NCBI GenBank assembly: GCA_963668095.1
Contig: OY764083.1
Coordinates: 1,131,709 to 1,195,708 of the forward strand
Direction: 5' to 3'
DNA length: 64,000 bases
Source: Acidobacteriota bacterium
GTDB lineage: Bacteria > Acidobacteriota > UBA6911 > RPQK01 > JAJDTT01
Shown here: positions 37,341 through 47,863 of the stretch, piece by piece
Position numbering within the stretch: position 1 is the stretch's first letter
Layout: the number at the start of each line of letters is the position of its first letter
Program-made: the position numbers and the translations under genes
The notes under the pieces: generated by a model
Seen by the model: the letters and a program-made list of their open reading frames with translations, nothing else
The model's database searches: none
Told to the model about the DNA's origin: nothing

Positions 37341-37386
37341 TTGCACCTCCCGTCGATGCCCTCGAATTGGTCCTCTCCCGCCTGCC

Positions 37387-38382
37387 TCAGGAAAAGGCCA
37401 CGCGGACGCCCAGATCCTGGTCTCGGGCCTGCTGAAAAATGGTCCGGGCGATAGTAGTGTCCTGGATGCCGATCCCCACTCCGTCATAGAGGGTGACCTG
37501 CTCCTCTTCCGTCCGGCCCGCCACGTCCCCGTTGATGACCTGGCCCAGCGATCCGGCATAGCAGTCCTGGCCCAGGATTCCGGCCTCCACCGCCTGACTC
37601 GCCTCGCCGCGAACCAGAGCATGCTCGACAAAATCGGCGAAGAGCCGGCAGCGGGGCATCAACTCCATTTCACATTCGATCTTCTCCCCCAGATCCGAAC
37701 CCATGCAGCAGAGATGAGTTCCGGGCCGCACCCAATCGGAGCAGACGATGGGCCGGCGGCTGGTGGTCGCGGTGACGATGACGTCCGCCCCGCGGCACGC
37801 CTCCTCGGCCTCCGCCACCAGGATCGGCGCCGGCGCCTCGCCGGCGAGCTCGCGGCTCACCTGCTCGGCCGCTTCCCGGCGCATGTCGTGGAGGTAGATG
37901 CGGCTGAAGGGCCGGACCGAACTGACCGCCCGCAGGCACTGGCGTCCCAACTGTCCGGCGCCGATCACGGCCAGCGTCGCCGAATCGGGACGGCTCAAGT
38001 GTTTCGCGCTCACCGCCGCAGCCGCGCCGGTCCGGTACATGGTGGGCAGGGTGCCGTCGCAGATCATCAGGAGCTCTCCGGTCCGGGGCTCGAATGCGGC
38101 GATCCAACTGTTGGTGGTGGGCAGACCCCACTCCAGGTTGTCGGCCCGTTCCTGGCCGACCTTCATGGAAAGCAGGTCGGCGGCCTCGGTATAGCCGGTG
38201 ATGCAGGCGGCCATGCCCCCGCTCGTCCCGGGAATCGACAACGGATAAATGGCCTTGGGCGGGAGGAAATCATTACCCCGCTCGAACACTCCCATGGCGT
38301 GCTCGATGGCGGGGATGGCGGCCTTGATGTCGATGCGGGAACCGATGTCCTCGCGGGTCAGAATGATTGTTTCTCGAGCCAT
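37387..38382 (-). CDS. Ornithine cyclodeaminase/mu-crystallin family protein
   Basis: RTGAAAAVSAKHL, IGAGQLG, ADVIVTAT, GTH...GSD, DGVGIGIQD. Confidence 0.9.
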   Translation of the reverse strand: MARETIILTREDIGSRIDIKAAIPAIEHAMGVFERGNDFLPPKAIYPLSIPGTSGGMAACITGYTEAADLLSMKVGQERADNLEWGLPTTNSWIAAFEPRTGELLMICDGTLPTMYRTGAAAAVSAKHLSRPDSATLAVIGAGQLGRQCLRAVSSVRPFSRIYLHDMRREAAEQVSRELAGEAPAPILVAEAEEACRGADVIVTATTSRRPIVCSDWVRPGTHLCCMGSDLGEKIECEMELMPRCRLFADFVEHALVRGEASQAVEAGILGQDCYAGSLGQVINGDVAGRTEEEQVTLYDGVGIGIQDTTIARTIFQQARDQDLGVRVAFS

Positions 38383-39524
38383 GGAATCATCCTTTCGAAT
38401 GCCTTCTCGATCTGGTCCATGGAAGTGGCGAAGCTGATCCGCAGGGCGTTGTTGCAGGATCGGCCGAACGCGCCTCCCGGGATGGTGCAAACCCGAGCCT
38501 CCCGGAGCAATCGCATGGCCACCTCGAATCCATCGGCGCCCTCGGGAAGGAAGGGCATGATGAAGAACGCGCCCCCCGGCCTGTAGCCGGTCAGCGACGG
38601 CGCCTGATCCACCAGTTCCACGATCCGGTCCCGGCGCCTGCGGTATTGCCGGACCATCTCGTCGACGCAACTCTGGTCCCCTTCCAGGGCCGCCACGACG
38701 GCCCACTGGGAAGCCGTGTTCTCGGTGGTGCTGATGAACATGTGATAGCGCTGAAGGTCCACAATGTTACGGGCGCTGGAGATGGCCCAACCCAGGCGCA
38801 GGCCGGCCATGGAGTAGGTCTTGGACACGCTGCTGGCCACGATCACGTGATCCAGCGTCGGGGAGCAGGTCAGGGCGCTGGCGTACTCCACCCCGTCGAG
38901 TATGAGGCACTCGTAGACCTCGTCACTGATCAGGGCCAGGCCCCGCTCGGCCGCGGCCTCGCTGATGGCGCGGATCGTCTCCTCCGGATAGATGGCTCCC
39001 GTCGGGTTCCCCGGGGAATTGATCATGATGGCGCAGGTACGTTCGTTGATGGCGTCGATCACCGCCTGCGGGTCCAACTGGTACCCTTCCCCGGCCGTCG
39101 TGACCAGGGGCCGGGGGATGGCTCCGGCCATGCGAATGATGTGGACCAGGATGAAGACCGGCTCCACCACGATCACCTCCATGCCCGGTTTGACAGCGGC
39201 GGTGAGAGCCATGAACATGGCCTGGCAACAGCCGGTGGTGATGAGGACGTTGTCGGGACCGAGCTCGATACCGTAGCGGAGATTGTACCAGCCGGCGACG
39301 GACTCCCGGAGCCGGGGCAGGCCGGCATCCAACTCATACCGCGTCTTGCCCTCCCGGAGCGCTTGGACGTGTGCCTCGATGATATGGGCGGGAGTGGGAA
39401 AATCGGGCTGGCCGATGGACAGATGGACCACATCCTCCATGGCGGCGGCGGTGTTGAAGTACTTGCGTATGGGAGAGAACGGAAGCTGGGCCAGATTCGG
39501 ATTCCAGTCGATGCCTGTGGTCAT
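38358..39524 (-). CDS. Class I/II PLP aminotransferase
   Basis: LSIGQPDF, NSPGNPTG, SDEVY, SVSKTYSMAGLRLG, LRISF. Confidence 0.92.
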   Translation of the reverse strand: MTTGIDWNPNLAQLPFSPIRKYFNTAAAMEDVVHLSIGQPDFPTPAHIIEAHVQALREGKTRYELDAGLPRLRESVAGWYNLRYGIELGPDNVLITTGCCQAMFMALTAAVKPGMEVIVVEPVFILVHIIRMAGAIPRPLVTTAGEGYQLDPQAVIDAINERTCAIMINSPGNPTGAIYPEETIRAISEAAAERGLALISDEVYECLILDGVEYASALTCSPTLDHVIVASSVSKTYSMAGLRLGWAISSARNIVDLQRYHMFISTTENTASQWAVVAALEGDQSCVDEMVRQYRRRRDRIVELVDQAPSLTGYRPGGAFFIMPFLPEGADGFEVAMRLLREARVCTIPGGAFGRSCNNALRISFATSMDQIEKAFERMIPWLEKQSF

Positions 39525-39667
39525 GAGCCCTCGGGGCCTGCGCCCCCATCCAAAGAATTCGTATTCCGTTTCGGAAATAACGGACTGCGCAAATGCTCTA
39601 TCAACCCTCATACAGTGTCAACAGCCCGTGGTGAAACCGCTCATTGAACGAAACGCACGGAGAAAAC

Positions 39668-40729
39668 ATGGTTTTACGGAATAGCCGGATTCGCGGGTTC
39701 GCCAGCGACACGAATGCGGGCATCTGCCCGGAAGCGTGGGAGGCATTGGATCGTGCCAATCGGGGACACGCTCCCGCCTACGGCTTCGACTCCCATACCC
39801 AGGAGGCGCGCGCCGCCATCCAGGACCTTTTCGTCACCGATTGCCAGATCTACTTCGTCTTCACCGGTTCGGCCGCCAACTCGCTGGCGGTGGCCCATCT
39901 CTGCCGCAGCTATGAACTGGCCATCTGTCACGAGACGGCTCATCTCGACCTGGGGGAATGCGGCGGTCCGGAGTTCTTCAGCGGCGGCTCCAAGGTGCTG
40001 CCCCTGCCTGGAGAACACGGAAAACTGGACGCCGCCGGCATCCGGCATACCGTCGAGACTCGAACCCGCGACTTCCAATATCCCGCCCCCCGGCTCGTCA
40101 GTCTGACCCAGGCCACGGAGATGGGAACCGTCTACAGCCTGGAACGGCTCCGGGAGATCTCCAACCTGAGCCGCGAGTTGGGACTTCGGGTCCACATGGA
40201 CGGGGCCCGTCTGGCGAATGCCCTGATCCACCTGGATTGCGAGCCGGCCGACACGACCTGGAGAGCGGGTGTCGACGTCCTATCCTTCGGCTGCACCAAG
40301 AACGGACTCCACCAGGGGGAGGCGATCGTCTTCTTCGATCGGGAGCTGGCCTCGGGCTTCGAGTATCGCTGGAAGCAATCGGGCCAGGTCGCTTCCAAGA
40401 TGCGTTTCCTGTCTGCGCCCTGGACGGCTCTTCTCAAGAGCGGCGCCTGGCTCCGCAACGCCCGGCACGCAAATGCCTGCGCCGCCCGGTTGGAGCGGGG
40501 TTTGAGAGGGTTGGAGGGCATCTCCATCCCCTACCCGCGGGAAGCCAATGGCGTATTCGTCCGGCTCAAGCCCGCTCTGGCAACAGCCCTGAGGCAACGG
40601 GGCTGGACGGTGGGAATCATGCCCGGCGGCGCCGCCCGCTTCATGTGCAGTTGGGACACCCGGAACGAGGACGTCGACGCACTGATCCACGATTTCCGGG
40701 ACCTGGTTGCCGACCCGGGACTTACCTGA
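39668..40729 (+). CDS. Low-specificity L-threonine aldolase family
   Basis: FASD, TGSAANSL, TQATEMGTVY, HMDGARLANA, DVLSFG.TKNG, SKMRF. Confidence 0.9.
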   Translation: MVLRNSRIRGFASDTNAGICPEAWEALDRANRGHAPAYGFDSHTQEARAAIQDLFVTDCQIYFVFTGSAANSLAVAHLCRSYELAICHETAHLDLGECGGPEFFSGGSKVLPLPGEHGKLDAAGIRHTVETRTRDFQYPAPRLVSLTQATEMGTVYSLERLREISNLSRELGLRVHMDGARLANALIHLDCEPADTTWRAGVDVLSFGCTKNGLHQGEAIVFFDRELASGFEYRWKQSGQVASKMRFLSAPWTALLKSGAWLRNARHANACAARLERGLRGLEGISIPYPREANGVFVRLKPALATALRQRGWTVGIMPGGAARFMCSWDTRNEDVDALIHDFRDLVADPGLT

Positions 40730-40733
40730 ACGA

Positions 40734-41972
40734 ATGATCATCGATACCGTGGTCACACACCCCGATTGGGCGGCCGCCTGGGGCAATTGGGGGAAGGTGG
40801 GGGTCCGCCGGATCGCGGATGCGTGCGCCGCCGGAGGCATCCGAAGAATCTACTGGCGAGCCAACTGCGGCTCCCGGGTCTTCTACCCCAGCCGTCTCGA
40901 AGACACCTTCCGGGGCGAGGACCGCGAAGCCTGCGAGGTCCCCGAATACTGGAAGGTCACGCTGGCCGAAACCGACTACTCCACCTGGAACCTGCTGGAG
41001 GATGCCGTGGAGTGCACTCTCGGAGCCGGCCTTGAGCCCTGGGTCTGGTACAGCCCCTACGAAGAGTCCCACGGCCAGGTCTCGCTAACCCGTTTCGCCC
41101 GGGAGCATCCGCAGTACCACGCAGTGGCCCGGGACGGACACCGGAGGTCCTCCCGGCTCGGCTTCGCCTATCCCGAAGTGCGGCGCCACAAGCTGGCGAT
41201 GATCGAGGAACTCATGTCCCATGGCTTCCGTGGCGTCCTGCTGGACTTCGTCCGCCAGTTGCCCCGGATCGACGAGAACCTGCCTCCGCAACTGGACCGG
41301 CGGGGCGTCTGCCGGTACGGCTATGAGGCGCCGGCCCTGGAGAGTTACCGCCGAATCCACGGTATCGATCCCAGAGAGCGGCCGAACCACACCGATTCCT
41401 GGATTCGCCACCGCGCCTCTTACGTCACCCGTCTTATGGAGGAGTTGAACCGGCAGCGGAAGACAACGGAGCCCGGATATCCCGTCACCGTTCTGGTGTC
41501 GCCCGAGAGCCCCCTGAGTCACGTCCTTCCCGACTGGCCCCGCTACGTCCGTGACGGGCTCCTGGAGGAGACGGGCCTCTGGCGGGTCCGAACCGACGCC
41601 TTGAGAGGTGCGCTGGTGGACTGGACCTCGTGGCTCGGCGGAGGAATCTGCCAGGAGGCCCACATCATGCTGCCTGAATGGAATCTGGCACGGCTCAACC
41701 CGAAGGAGGTGGAACGTCAGATCCGCCAAGCCCGGCATTCGGGTGGTGACGGAACCGGCATCCTGGCCGGAATCTACTGCTACAACATGGACCAGCTCGG
41801 ACTGAAGGAGGGCTCGGAGCGGTTGGAATCGGGAGTCCGGGCGGCTCGGGAGGCGGGAGCCGAGGGCGTCGTCCTCTGGGAGTCCACTTCCATCGAGAGT
41901 TGGTCGGGATGGGACAAGTACCTCCCCTCAGGACTTTGGGCCACAGTCGCGCGGTTGGCCGGGGAACCTTGA
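40734..41972 (+). CDS. Glycoside-hydrolase-like TIM-barrel protein (GHL10/DUF187-like), no signal peptide
   Basis: F.REHPQY, FAYPEVR, GVLLDF.R, DW..W motifs. Confidence 0.6.
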   Translation: MIIDTVVTHPDWAAAWGNWGKVGVRRIADACAAGGIRRIYWRANCGSRVFYPSRLEDTFRGEDREACEVPEYWKVTLAETDYSTWNLLEDAVECTLGAGLEPWVWYSPYEESHGQVSLTRFAREHPQYHAVARDGHRRSSRLGFAYPEVRRHKLAMIEELMSHGFRGVLLDFVRQLPRIDENLPPQLDRRGVCRYGYEAPALESYRRIHGIDPRERPNHTDSWIRHRASYVTRLMEELNRQRKTTEPGYPVTVLVSPESPLSHVLPDWPRYVRDGLLEETGLWRVRTDALRGALVDWTSWLGGGICQEAHIMLPEWNLARLNPKEVERQIRQARHSGGDGTGILAGIYCYNMDQLGLKEGSERLESGVRAAREAGAEGVVLWESTSIESWSGWDKYLPSGLWATVARLAGEP

Positions 41973-42097
41973 AACGCTGGAGAAGATTCAGCTAATATGA
42001 CGGCAGTCGACCGCAGGGGCCGGCATCCATAATCGTCTTTTTCCCGTTTCCGAGCGCCCTCGGACCGGGAGCCATGCACCGGAAAAAAGGAGTCGTC

Positions 42098-43417
42098 ATG
42101 AGCAAGTCATCCATCAGCCGCCGTCGATTTCTGTCTCGCTCCACTGGAGTGGGGGCAGGATTGGCCGTCGCCGGGTTCCCGGGAATCGCCAGCGCCCGCA
42201 ACGTCAACAATCGGATCAACGTGGGAATCGTGGGTCCGGGCGGCCGCGGCACAAGCCTCCTCAAGAACTTTTTTGCCGACAACCATCGCTTCAACGCTCA
42301 CCTGACGGCGATCGCCGATCTCTGGAGCTACCGTCGAGACAGAGCGTCCAAGTTCGTCGCGGAAAACCAGGGACAGGCTCCCAAGGTGTACCGCCACCAC
42401 GAAGAGATCCTGGCCGACGCCGATCTGGATGCCGTCATCATCGCGACTCCCGACCACGCCCACGCCCAGGTTCTGACGGCGGCCGCCGAAGCCGGCAAGG
42501 ACGCCTACTGCGAGAAGCCCATGTCCAACGTCCTGGAGGAGGCCAACGACGCCCTCGACGCGGTCAGGAAGGCCGGAACCATCGTTCAGATCGGAACCCA
42601 GAGGCGCTCCTGGCCCAAGTACCGGCAGGCTGCCAAGATGATCGGCGACGGCATCATCGGCGACGTGGTCAAGGTGGACATCCTTTGGAACGCCTACAGT
42701 CCCTACCGTTGGGCCGGGCGAGCCGAAGAGCGCGCCATGGTCAAGGAGAGCGACGTGGACTGGGGCAGCTGGCTCATGGGGAAACCCCACCGCCCCTTCG
42801 ATCCCAGGATCTTCCGCTGCTTCCGCCTCTGGAAGGACTTCTCCAGCGGCATCATCGACCAGTGGATGACTCACGGAATCGACTTGGCCCACATGTTGGC
42901 GGGGGTGACGACCCCGCTGAGCGCCGTGGCCCACGGCGGCATCTACAAGTACAAGGACTGGAGAGAGAATCCCGACACTTTGGAAGTCGCTCTGGAGTAC
43001 GAGAAGGGCGGCAAGAAACTCTTGGCCGTTTATTCCACGAATCTCATCAACGGCTACGGCAAGCAGACTCAGGTCCACGGCACCCTGGGCAGTTTCTCAC
43101 CTGCCGGCGGGATGGACTGGAAACAGGGCAAGGAGGAGCCCAATGCCGATCCTTCCAAGGGCTGGCGATTCACGGGCACGGGCGTCAAGGCCGACGGGAA
43201 GGTCGGCGATATGGTCGAGGTGCCCGATGCTCCCGGCGAAGTCAGCCACATGGCCAATTGGCTCGACGCGGTGCGGCAGCAGGATCCAAAGAGGCTCTAC
43301 TGCACGGTCGACGCGGGCTACGCCCACTCCATCGCCTGCATCATGTCCAACGACGCCTACTGGGCCGGCCGGCGCATGACCTTCGATCCGGTGAAGCGGA
43401 CCATCCAGGCTGGCTAG
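42098..43417 (+). CDS. Gfo/Idh/MocA oxidoreductase with Tat signal
   Basis: SRRRFL; VG.GGRG; ATPDH.H; YCEKP; QIGTQRRS. Confidence 0.92.
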   Translation: MSKSSISRRRFLSRSTGVGAGLAVAGFPGIASARNVNNRINVGIVGPGGRGTSLLKNFFADNHRFNAHLTAIADLWSYRRDRASKFVAENQGQAPKVYRHHEEILADADLDAVIIATPDHAHAQVLTAAAEAGKDAYCEKPMSNVLEEANDALDAVRKAGTIVQIGTQRRSWPKYRQAAKMIGDGIIGDVVKVDILWNAYSPYRWAGRAEERAMVKESDVDWGSWLMGKPHRPFDPRIFRCFRLWKDFSSGIIDQWMTHGIDLAHMLAGVTTPLSAVAHGGIYKYKDWRENPDTLEVALEYEKGGKKLLAVYSTNLINGYGKQTQVHGTLGSFSPAGGMDWKQGKEEPNADPSKGWRFTGTGVKADGKVGDMVEVPDAPGEVSHMANWLDAVRQQDPKRLYCTVDAGYAHSIACIMSNDAYWAGRRMTFDPVKRTIQAG

Positions 43418-43425
43418 CGGGAGCA

Positions 43426-43503
43426 GGAGCGGCGGTTTCCAACCGCCGGACTCTGGCCGGAAGGAATATCAGGAGTGGGCGACTGGAAGTCGCCCACTCC
43501 TGA
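43426..43503. repeat. Inverted REP doublet (GGAG family), likely also a terminator between convergent genes
   Basis: GGAGCGGCGGTTTCCAACCGCCG plus 16-bp perfect hairpin TCAGGAGTGGGCGACT-GGA-AGTCGCCCACTCCTGA; same pair at 61666-61780. Confidence 0.7.
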
Positions 43504-44865
43504 CTACACGAGCCGGCGGAAGCCGGTGTGCTTGACCGGACCACCGATCCGAGGCTCGATGTCTCCCTTCTGAATCGCATCACTCAACTCCTGGAACACC
43601 GGCTCGCAGGCCTCCAGGAATTGCTCCACATGCGTCTCCTGGTGGGCGAATGTGGGATAGAAGCCTCCCGCCACCAGGAATCCCCGGTCCAGCATGCGAA
43701 CGGTCCAAAGGGTCTGGAGGGCGGCCGCCTCGGGATGGTCGAAATGGTAGAAGGTCAGCGCCGGATGACCGGTGGCGCCGACGGGGACGCCGCAGCGGTC
43801 TCCCAGCTCCGTAAGGCCCTGCCGCGCCGCCTCTCCGATCCGGGCCACGTGTGAGCGAACGTCCTCCCTCTGGAACTTGCGGATAGTGGCCAGGGCGGCC
43901 GTCGGTCCCACCGCCTCCGTCCAGAGCGCGCTGGAGATGAAGCTGTTCTGGGCCGCCTGCATGATCTCCCGCCGGCCCACCACCGCCGAGATGGGATGCC
44001 CGTTTCCGGTGGTCTTGGCAAATACCGCCATATCCGGCTCCAGCCCATACTTGAGGTGGGCTCCTCCCAGCCAGAGCCTCCAGCCGATGGTGATCTCATC
44101 CATGATCAGGCAGGCGCCGCAACGGGTGGCGATTTCACGGATCTCCTCCAGGAAGCCGGGCTCGGGATCGAAGTTTCGAGTCGGCTCCATGACGATGGCG
44201 GCCAATCCCGCGCCGTGCCGGTCCACGATGGCCCTGAGCTCCTCGATCCGGTTGTAGGTGAAGGGCATGGCCGTTCCGGCCAGTCCGCTGGGCACGCCAG
44301 CCGGTTCCAGGCCAGGCATCAGGTGTCCCCCGCCCAACCGGTCCACCGTCTCCTCGCTGGGGTCGACGGGAACGTTGGCGGCCAGGTACCAGTCGTGCCA
44401 TCCGTGGTAGCCGCAAAAGGCCACCTTGTCGCGCCCGGTATAGGCCCGGGCGATCCGCACCGCGATGGTCATGCTCTCTCCGCCCAGACGCCCGAACCGG
44501 ACCATCTGGGCCCAGGGATGGAGCTCCAGCATCAGTTCGGCCAACTCCACCTCGTCGGGAGGATTCAAGGAAGACATGCAGCCGTTGCGCACCCGCCGGA
44601 TGACCGCCTCGGTCACGTCAGGATCGGCATATCCCAGGAGCGTGGCGCCGATTCCGGCCATGGACATGTCGAAGTAGTGGTTTCCGTCCACGTCCACGGT
44701 CTCGCAGCCTTGGGCCTGGGCGAAGTAGGCCGGCCACTGCCCCGGAGCGGTCATCTCCTGGCGCTTGCCGTAAAGCTGCGTCGCGCCGGGAATGAGTTCC
44801 CGGGCCCGGTCGTACATCTTCTGACCCAAGATTCTTTTGTTTTCTTTTTTGTTCACTATTTGCAA
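43504..44865 (-). CDS. Class III aminotransferase (glutamate-1-semialdehyde aminomutase-like)
   Basis: DVDGN.Y.D, LGYAD, CGYHGWHDW, MDEI..GWR, PDMAVFAK..GNG.PI.AV.GRREIM. Start uncertain. Confidence 0.85.
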   Translation of the reverse strand: MQIVNKKENKRILGQKMYDRARELIPGATQLYGKRQEMTAPGQWPAYFAQAQGCETVDVDGNHYFDMSMAGIGATLLGYADPDVTEAVIRRVRNGCMSSLNPPDEVELAELMLELHPWAQMVRFGRLGGESMTIAVRIARAYTGRDKVAFCGYHGWHDWYLAANVPVDPSEETVDRLGGGHLMPGLEPAGVPSGLAGTAMPFTYNRIEELRAIVDRHGAGLAAIVMEPTRNFDPEPGFLEEIREIATRCGACLIMDEITIGWRLWLGGAHLKYGLEPDMAVFAKTTGNGHPISAVVGRREIMQAAQNSFISSALWTEAVGPTAALATIRKFQREDVRSHVARIGEAARQGLTELGDRCGVPVGATGHPALTFYHFDHPEAAALQTLWTVRMLDRGFLVAGGFYPTFAHQETHVEQFLEACEPVFQELSDAIQKGDIEPRIGGPVKHTGFRRLV

Positions 44866-45096
44866 ATTAATATCTCCTAATTTACATGAATCTCATCCAA
44901 GAACATCCCAGGACATTTCATCCCGGATTTTGAGCGAAACATATCCAACCGCGGGTGTCCGGTCAACATTCGCGGTTGCCTGCACCTGGTGATTCCCGGC
45001 GCTGCACGCGTGGCTCGCACCGGCGACCTCGATCCCATATGATGGTGCGCCCTGAGAAGGACTCTCCTCCTCCGACGACGGGAGCGCAATGAACTA

Positions 45097-46239
45097 ATGG
45101 TGTACGACCCCGGAAAGATCTATCGCGCGGCTCTCATCGGTTGCGGCTCCATGGGCAGCTACTGCATGGACGAGCTTCAGAACGCGACGGGCCGGATCCT
45201 GCTCCCCTTCGGACATGCGGAGATCCTGAAGACCCATCCCGGAACCCGGCTGGTGGCGGGGGCGGACCCGGACCGGGGACGTCTGGAGGATTTCGGAAAA
45301 CGATGGAAGGTCAACGCCCTCTATTCGGACCACCGCAAGATGCTCGAAGCCGAGCGTCCCGAGATCGTCGCCATCGCCAGCCCTCCGGATTTCCACGCCC
45401 CTCAGGTCATCGACTGCGCCCAAGGCGGAGTCAAGGGGATCTTCTGCGAAAAACCGTTTACCACGAACTTGGCGCTGGCCGACCGGATGATCGCGTCCTG
45501 CCGCGAGAGCGGCACCAGCTTGGCCATCAACCACACTCGCAGAGGCGACCCCCTGATCCTCCGTTCACGCCGCCTCCTGGACGAGGGGGGCATCGGAGAG
45601 GTCCTCAGCATCGTCGCCACCTGGCCCGGACGCCTCTTCCTGTCGGGAACCCACTGGTTCGATCTGGTGAACTACCTGGCTGGAGACACGCCGCCGGCAT
45701 GGGTCGTGGGGCACTCGGAAGATCCCGAAATATCGATGGTGGCCATTCCCACGCAGCGGGGACGGGATCTGGGCGGCACCCTCTACGCCGCGTATCCGAA
45801 CGGGATCCGGGCCTTCTTCAATGGCCGGGACAGTCACGCCGGCTACCGGGTGGAGGTGAACGGCACCGAGGGGGTGCTCAACATCGAGCCCAACGGAGTC
45901 CGCCTCTGGAAGATCAATGCGGGGAGCGTGTTCCGAGAGCTCCTGGAACACCCCTTTCCCCAGATGATGCACCACACTGCGCCCATGGTCTACCTGCTGG
46001 AAGACCTGCTGGAGGCGGTGGAAACAGGCCGCGCTCCCCTCTCCAACGGAATCACGGCCCGGAACGCCCTGGAACTGATCCTGGCGACCCACGACTCCTC
46101 CCGGAGAGGCAACGTGAAGATCCAACTGCCGTTGCAGGATCGAGAGATGCGGCCTCCGTTTCACTGGCAGAATCCCGACGGCTCCACGTTCTACAGCGCG
46201 ACCGCTGGAGACGGCTCTCCTCCCTCCGATGATTCGTAA
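45097..46239 (+). CDS. Gfo/Idh/MocA oxidoreductase
   Basis: LIGCGSMG, CEKP, NHTRR, GTH.FDL. Confidence 0.88.
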   Translation: MVYDPGKIYRAALIGCGSMGSYCMDELQNATGRILLPFGHAEILKTHPGTRLVAGADPDRGRLEDFGKRWKVNALYSDHRKMLEAERPEIVAIASPPDFHAPQVIDCAQGGVKGIFCEKPFTTNLALADRMIASCRESGTSLAINHTRRGDPLILRSRRLLDEGGIGEVLSIVATWPGRLFLSGTHWFDLVNYLAGDTPPAWVVGHSEDPEISMVAIPTQRGRDLGGTLYAAYPNGIRAFFNGRDSHAGYRVEVNGTEGVLNIEPNGVRLWKINAGSVFRELLEHPFPQMMHHTAPMVYLLEDLLEAVETGRAPLSNGITARNALELILATHDSSRRGNVKIQLPLQDREMRPPFHWQNPDGSTFYSATAGDGSPPSDDS

Positions 46240-47848
46240 CCACCGCGTCCTGCTCGCCAAGCTGGTCTTTCTGCTGGGGTGGACCTCGGCGTGTGCCCCG
46301 GCCACCGACACCGGATTTGATCCCGCCGGCGACACCGACCGGTCCGGGAGCCTCCGTTTCGCGTGGCAGGGAGACCTGACGCCCATGTGGCACCCGTCCG
46401 GATACGAGACCTTCAGCCAAGCCGTGATTTTCTTCCTCCTCTTCAACAAGCTGGTCCGGCTCGATCCGGACCTGACCACCATACTCCCCGATCTTGCCGA
46501 GAGTTGGGAGGTCTCCCCCGACGCCCGCATCTTCACGTTCCGTTTGCGGCGGGAGGTCCGCTGGCACGATGGCGAACCCTTCACCGCCCGGGACGTGGTC
46601 TTCAGCTTCAGCCGCCAACTCCTGGAACCCTACCGGTACGTCAAATTCGCCGGCGGGATCGTCGGAGCACAAGCCTATGAGGAGGGAAGGTCCGGCAAGC
46701 TGGAGGGCCTGGAGGCACCCGACGACTTCACGGTTCGGATCACGCTTCGGGAACCCGACGTCACGTTCCTGCAGAAACTCGCCGAGCCGTCCATGGTGAT
46801 CATGCCGTCTCACCTCCTGGCGGGAGTGGAGCCCGGCGCCGTGCAGTCGGCGGCCTTCACCATCACTCGTCCGGTGGGAACCGGTCCCTTTCGCTTCGTG
46901 AAATACTTGACCGACCTCTACGTGGAGTTGGAGTCGAACCCGGACTACTTCCGGGGCGCCCCCTCGATTCGCAAGGTCTACATGAAGCGTCTCCGGCCCG
47001 AGGTGACGGTGGCGCAACTGGAGAGCGGCGAGCTGGACCTGGGAATGCGGCTTCAACTGCTGGACTACGACCGGCTGGCGGCCTTGTCCCATCTGGAGAC
47101 GACGACCCGTCCCGGCATCGGCATGATCTCGGTGGGGTTCCCCCTGGACCGCACCGTGGTTCAGGACCGCCGCCTGCGCCAGGCCATCTACTGCGCCATC
47201 GATCGGAAGACCGTGGCCCGCACCTTGTTTCGGAGCCGCGCCAAGGCCATGGAGGGGGTCCCGCTCGGCATGGAGCCGGACGCGAGACTCGACCCCTACG
47301 AGCACGACCTGGAAAGGGCCAGAAGGCTGTTGAAGGAGTCGGGCTTCGATACGGCGACTCCGCTGCGCCTCATCTACGACCAGACCTATCCCCGCGCAGC
47401 CCAGATCTACCCCATCATCGGCCAACAGTTGAGAGTCTTGGGACTGAGGGTGCAGTTGGAGGCCATGGAGTCGACGGCGTATATCGCCCGCCGCTACGAG
47501 CAACGGGACACCTACGAAATGTCGGGGAGCCATGGCGGAGCCTACGGTCTCGGTCCTCACGTGACCTCCACCTACTTCAACTGCCGGCGGGCCGACTGGC
47601 AGTATGGCTATACCAATTGCGATCTGGATCGCCACTTTGCGGAAGCGACGGCCACCGTAGACCCGGAACGGCGGCGGGACCTCTACTTCCAGGCCGCCCG
47701 CCTGCTGAACCGGGACCTGCCCATCCTTCCCCTGTGGGCGCCCGACGAGGTCCATGCGCGTCACCAGCGGCTGGGAGGCGGTTTTGCTCTTCACCGGGAC
47801 GCGCGCCGGACGTTCGGCAACATCGAGACCTGGACGTTGGATCCCTAG
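46229..47848 (+). CDS. ABC transporter substrate-binding protein (Opp/Dpp family 5)
   Basis: Possible lipobox WTSAC; PDLAESW.VS.D...F.FRLR..VRWHDG.PFTA.DV.FS; GTGPF. Confidence 0.92.
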   Translation: MIRNHRVLLAKLVFLLGWTSACAPATDTGFDPAGDTDRSGSLRFAWQGDLTPMWHPSGYETFSQAVIFFLLFNKLVRLDPDLTTILPDLAESWEVSPDARIFTFRLRREVRWHDGEPFTARDVVFSFSRQLLEPYRYVKFAGGIVGAQAYEEGRSGKLEGLEAPDDFTVRITLREPDVTFLQKLAEPSMVIMPSHLLAGVEPGAVQSAAFTITRPVGTGPFRFVKYLTDLYVELESNPDYFRGAPSIRKVYMKRLRPEVTVAQLESGELDLGMRLQLLDYDRLAALSHLETTTRPGIGMISVGFPLDRTVVQDRRLRQAIYCAIDRKTVARTLFRSRAKAMEGVPLGMEPDARLDPYEHDLERARRLLKESGFDTATPLRLIYDQTYPRAAQIYPIIGQQLRVLGLRVQLEAMESTAYIARRYEQRDTYEMSGSHGGAYGLGPHVTSTYFNCRRADWQYGYTNCDLDRHFAEATATVDPERRRDLYFQAARLLNRDLPILPLWAPDEVHARHQRLGGGFALHRDARRTFGNIETWTLDP

Positions 47849-47863
47849 CCGAGAAGGCCAACC

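Noticed and set aside
43504-44865. Calling the class III aminotransferase hemL
   Set aside because: It has CGYHGWHDW and lacks the usual HemL PGGVNSPVR N-terminal motif, and there is no heme gene context.
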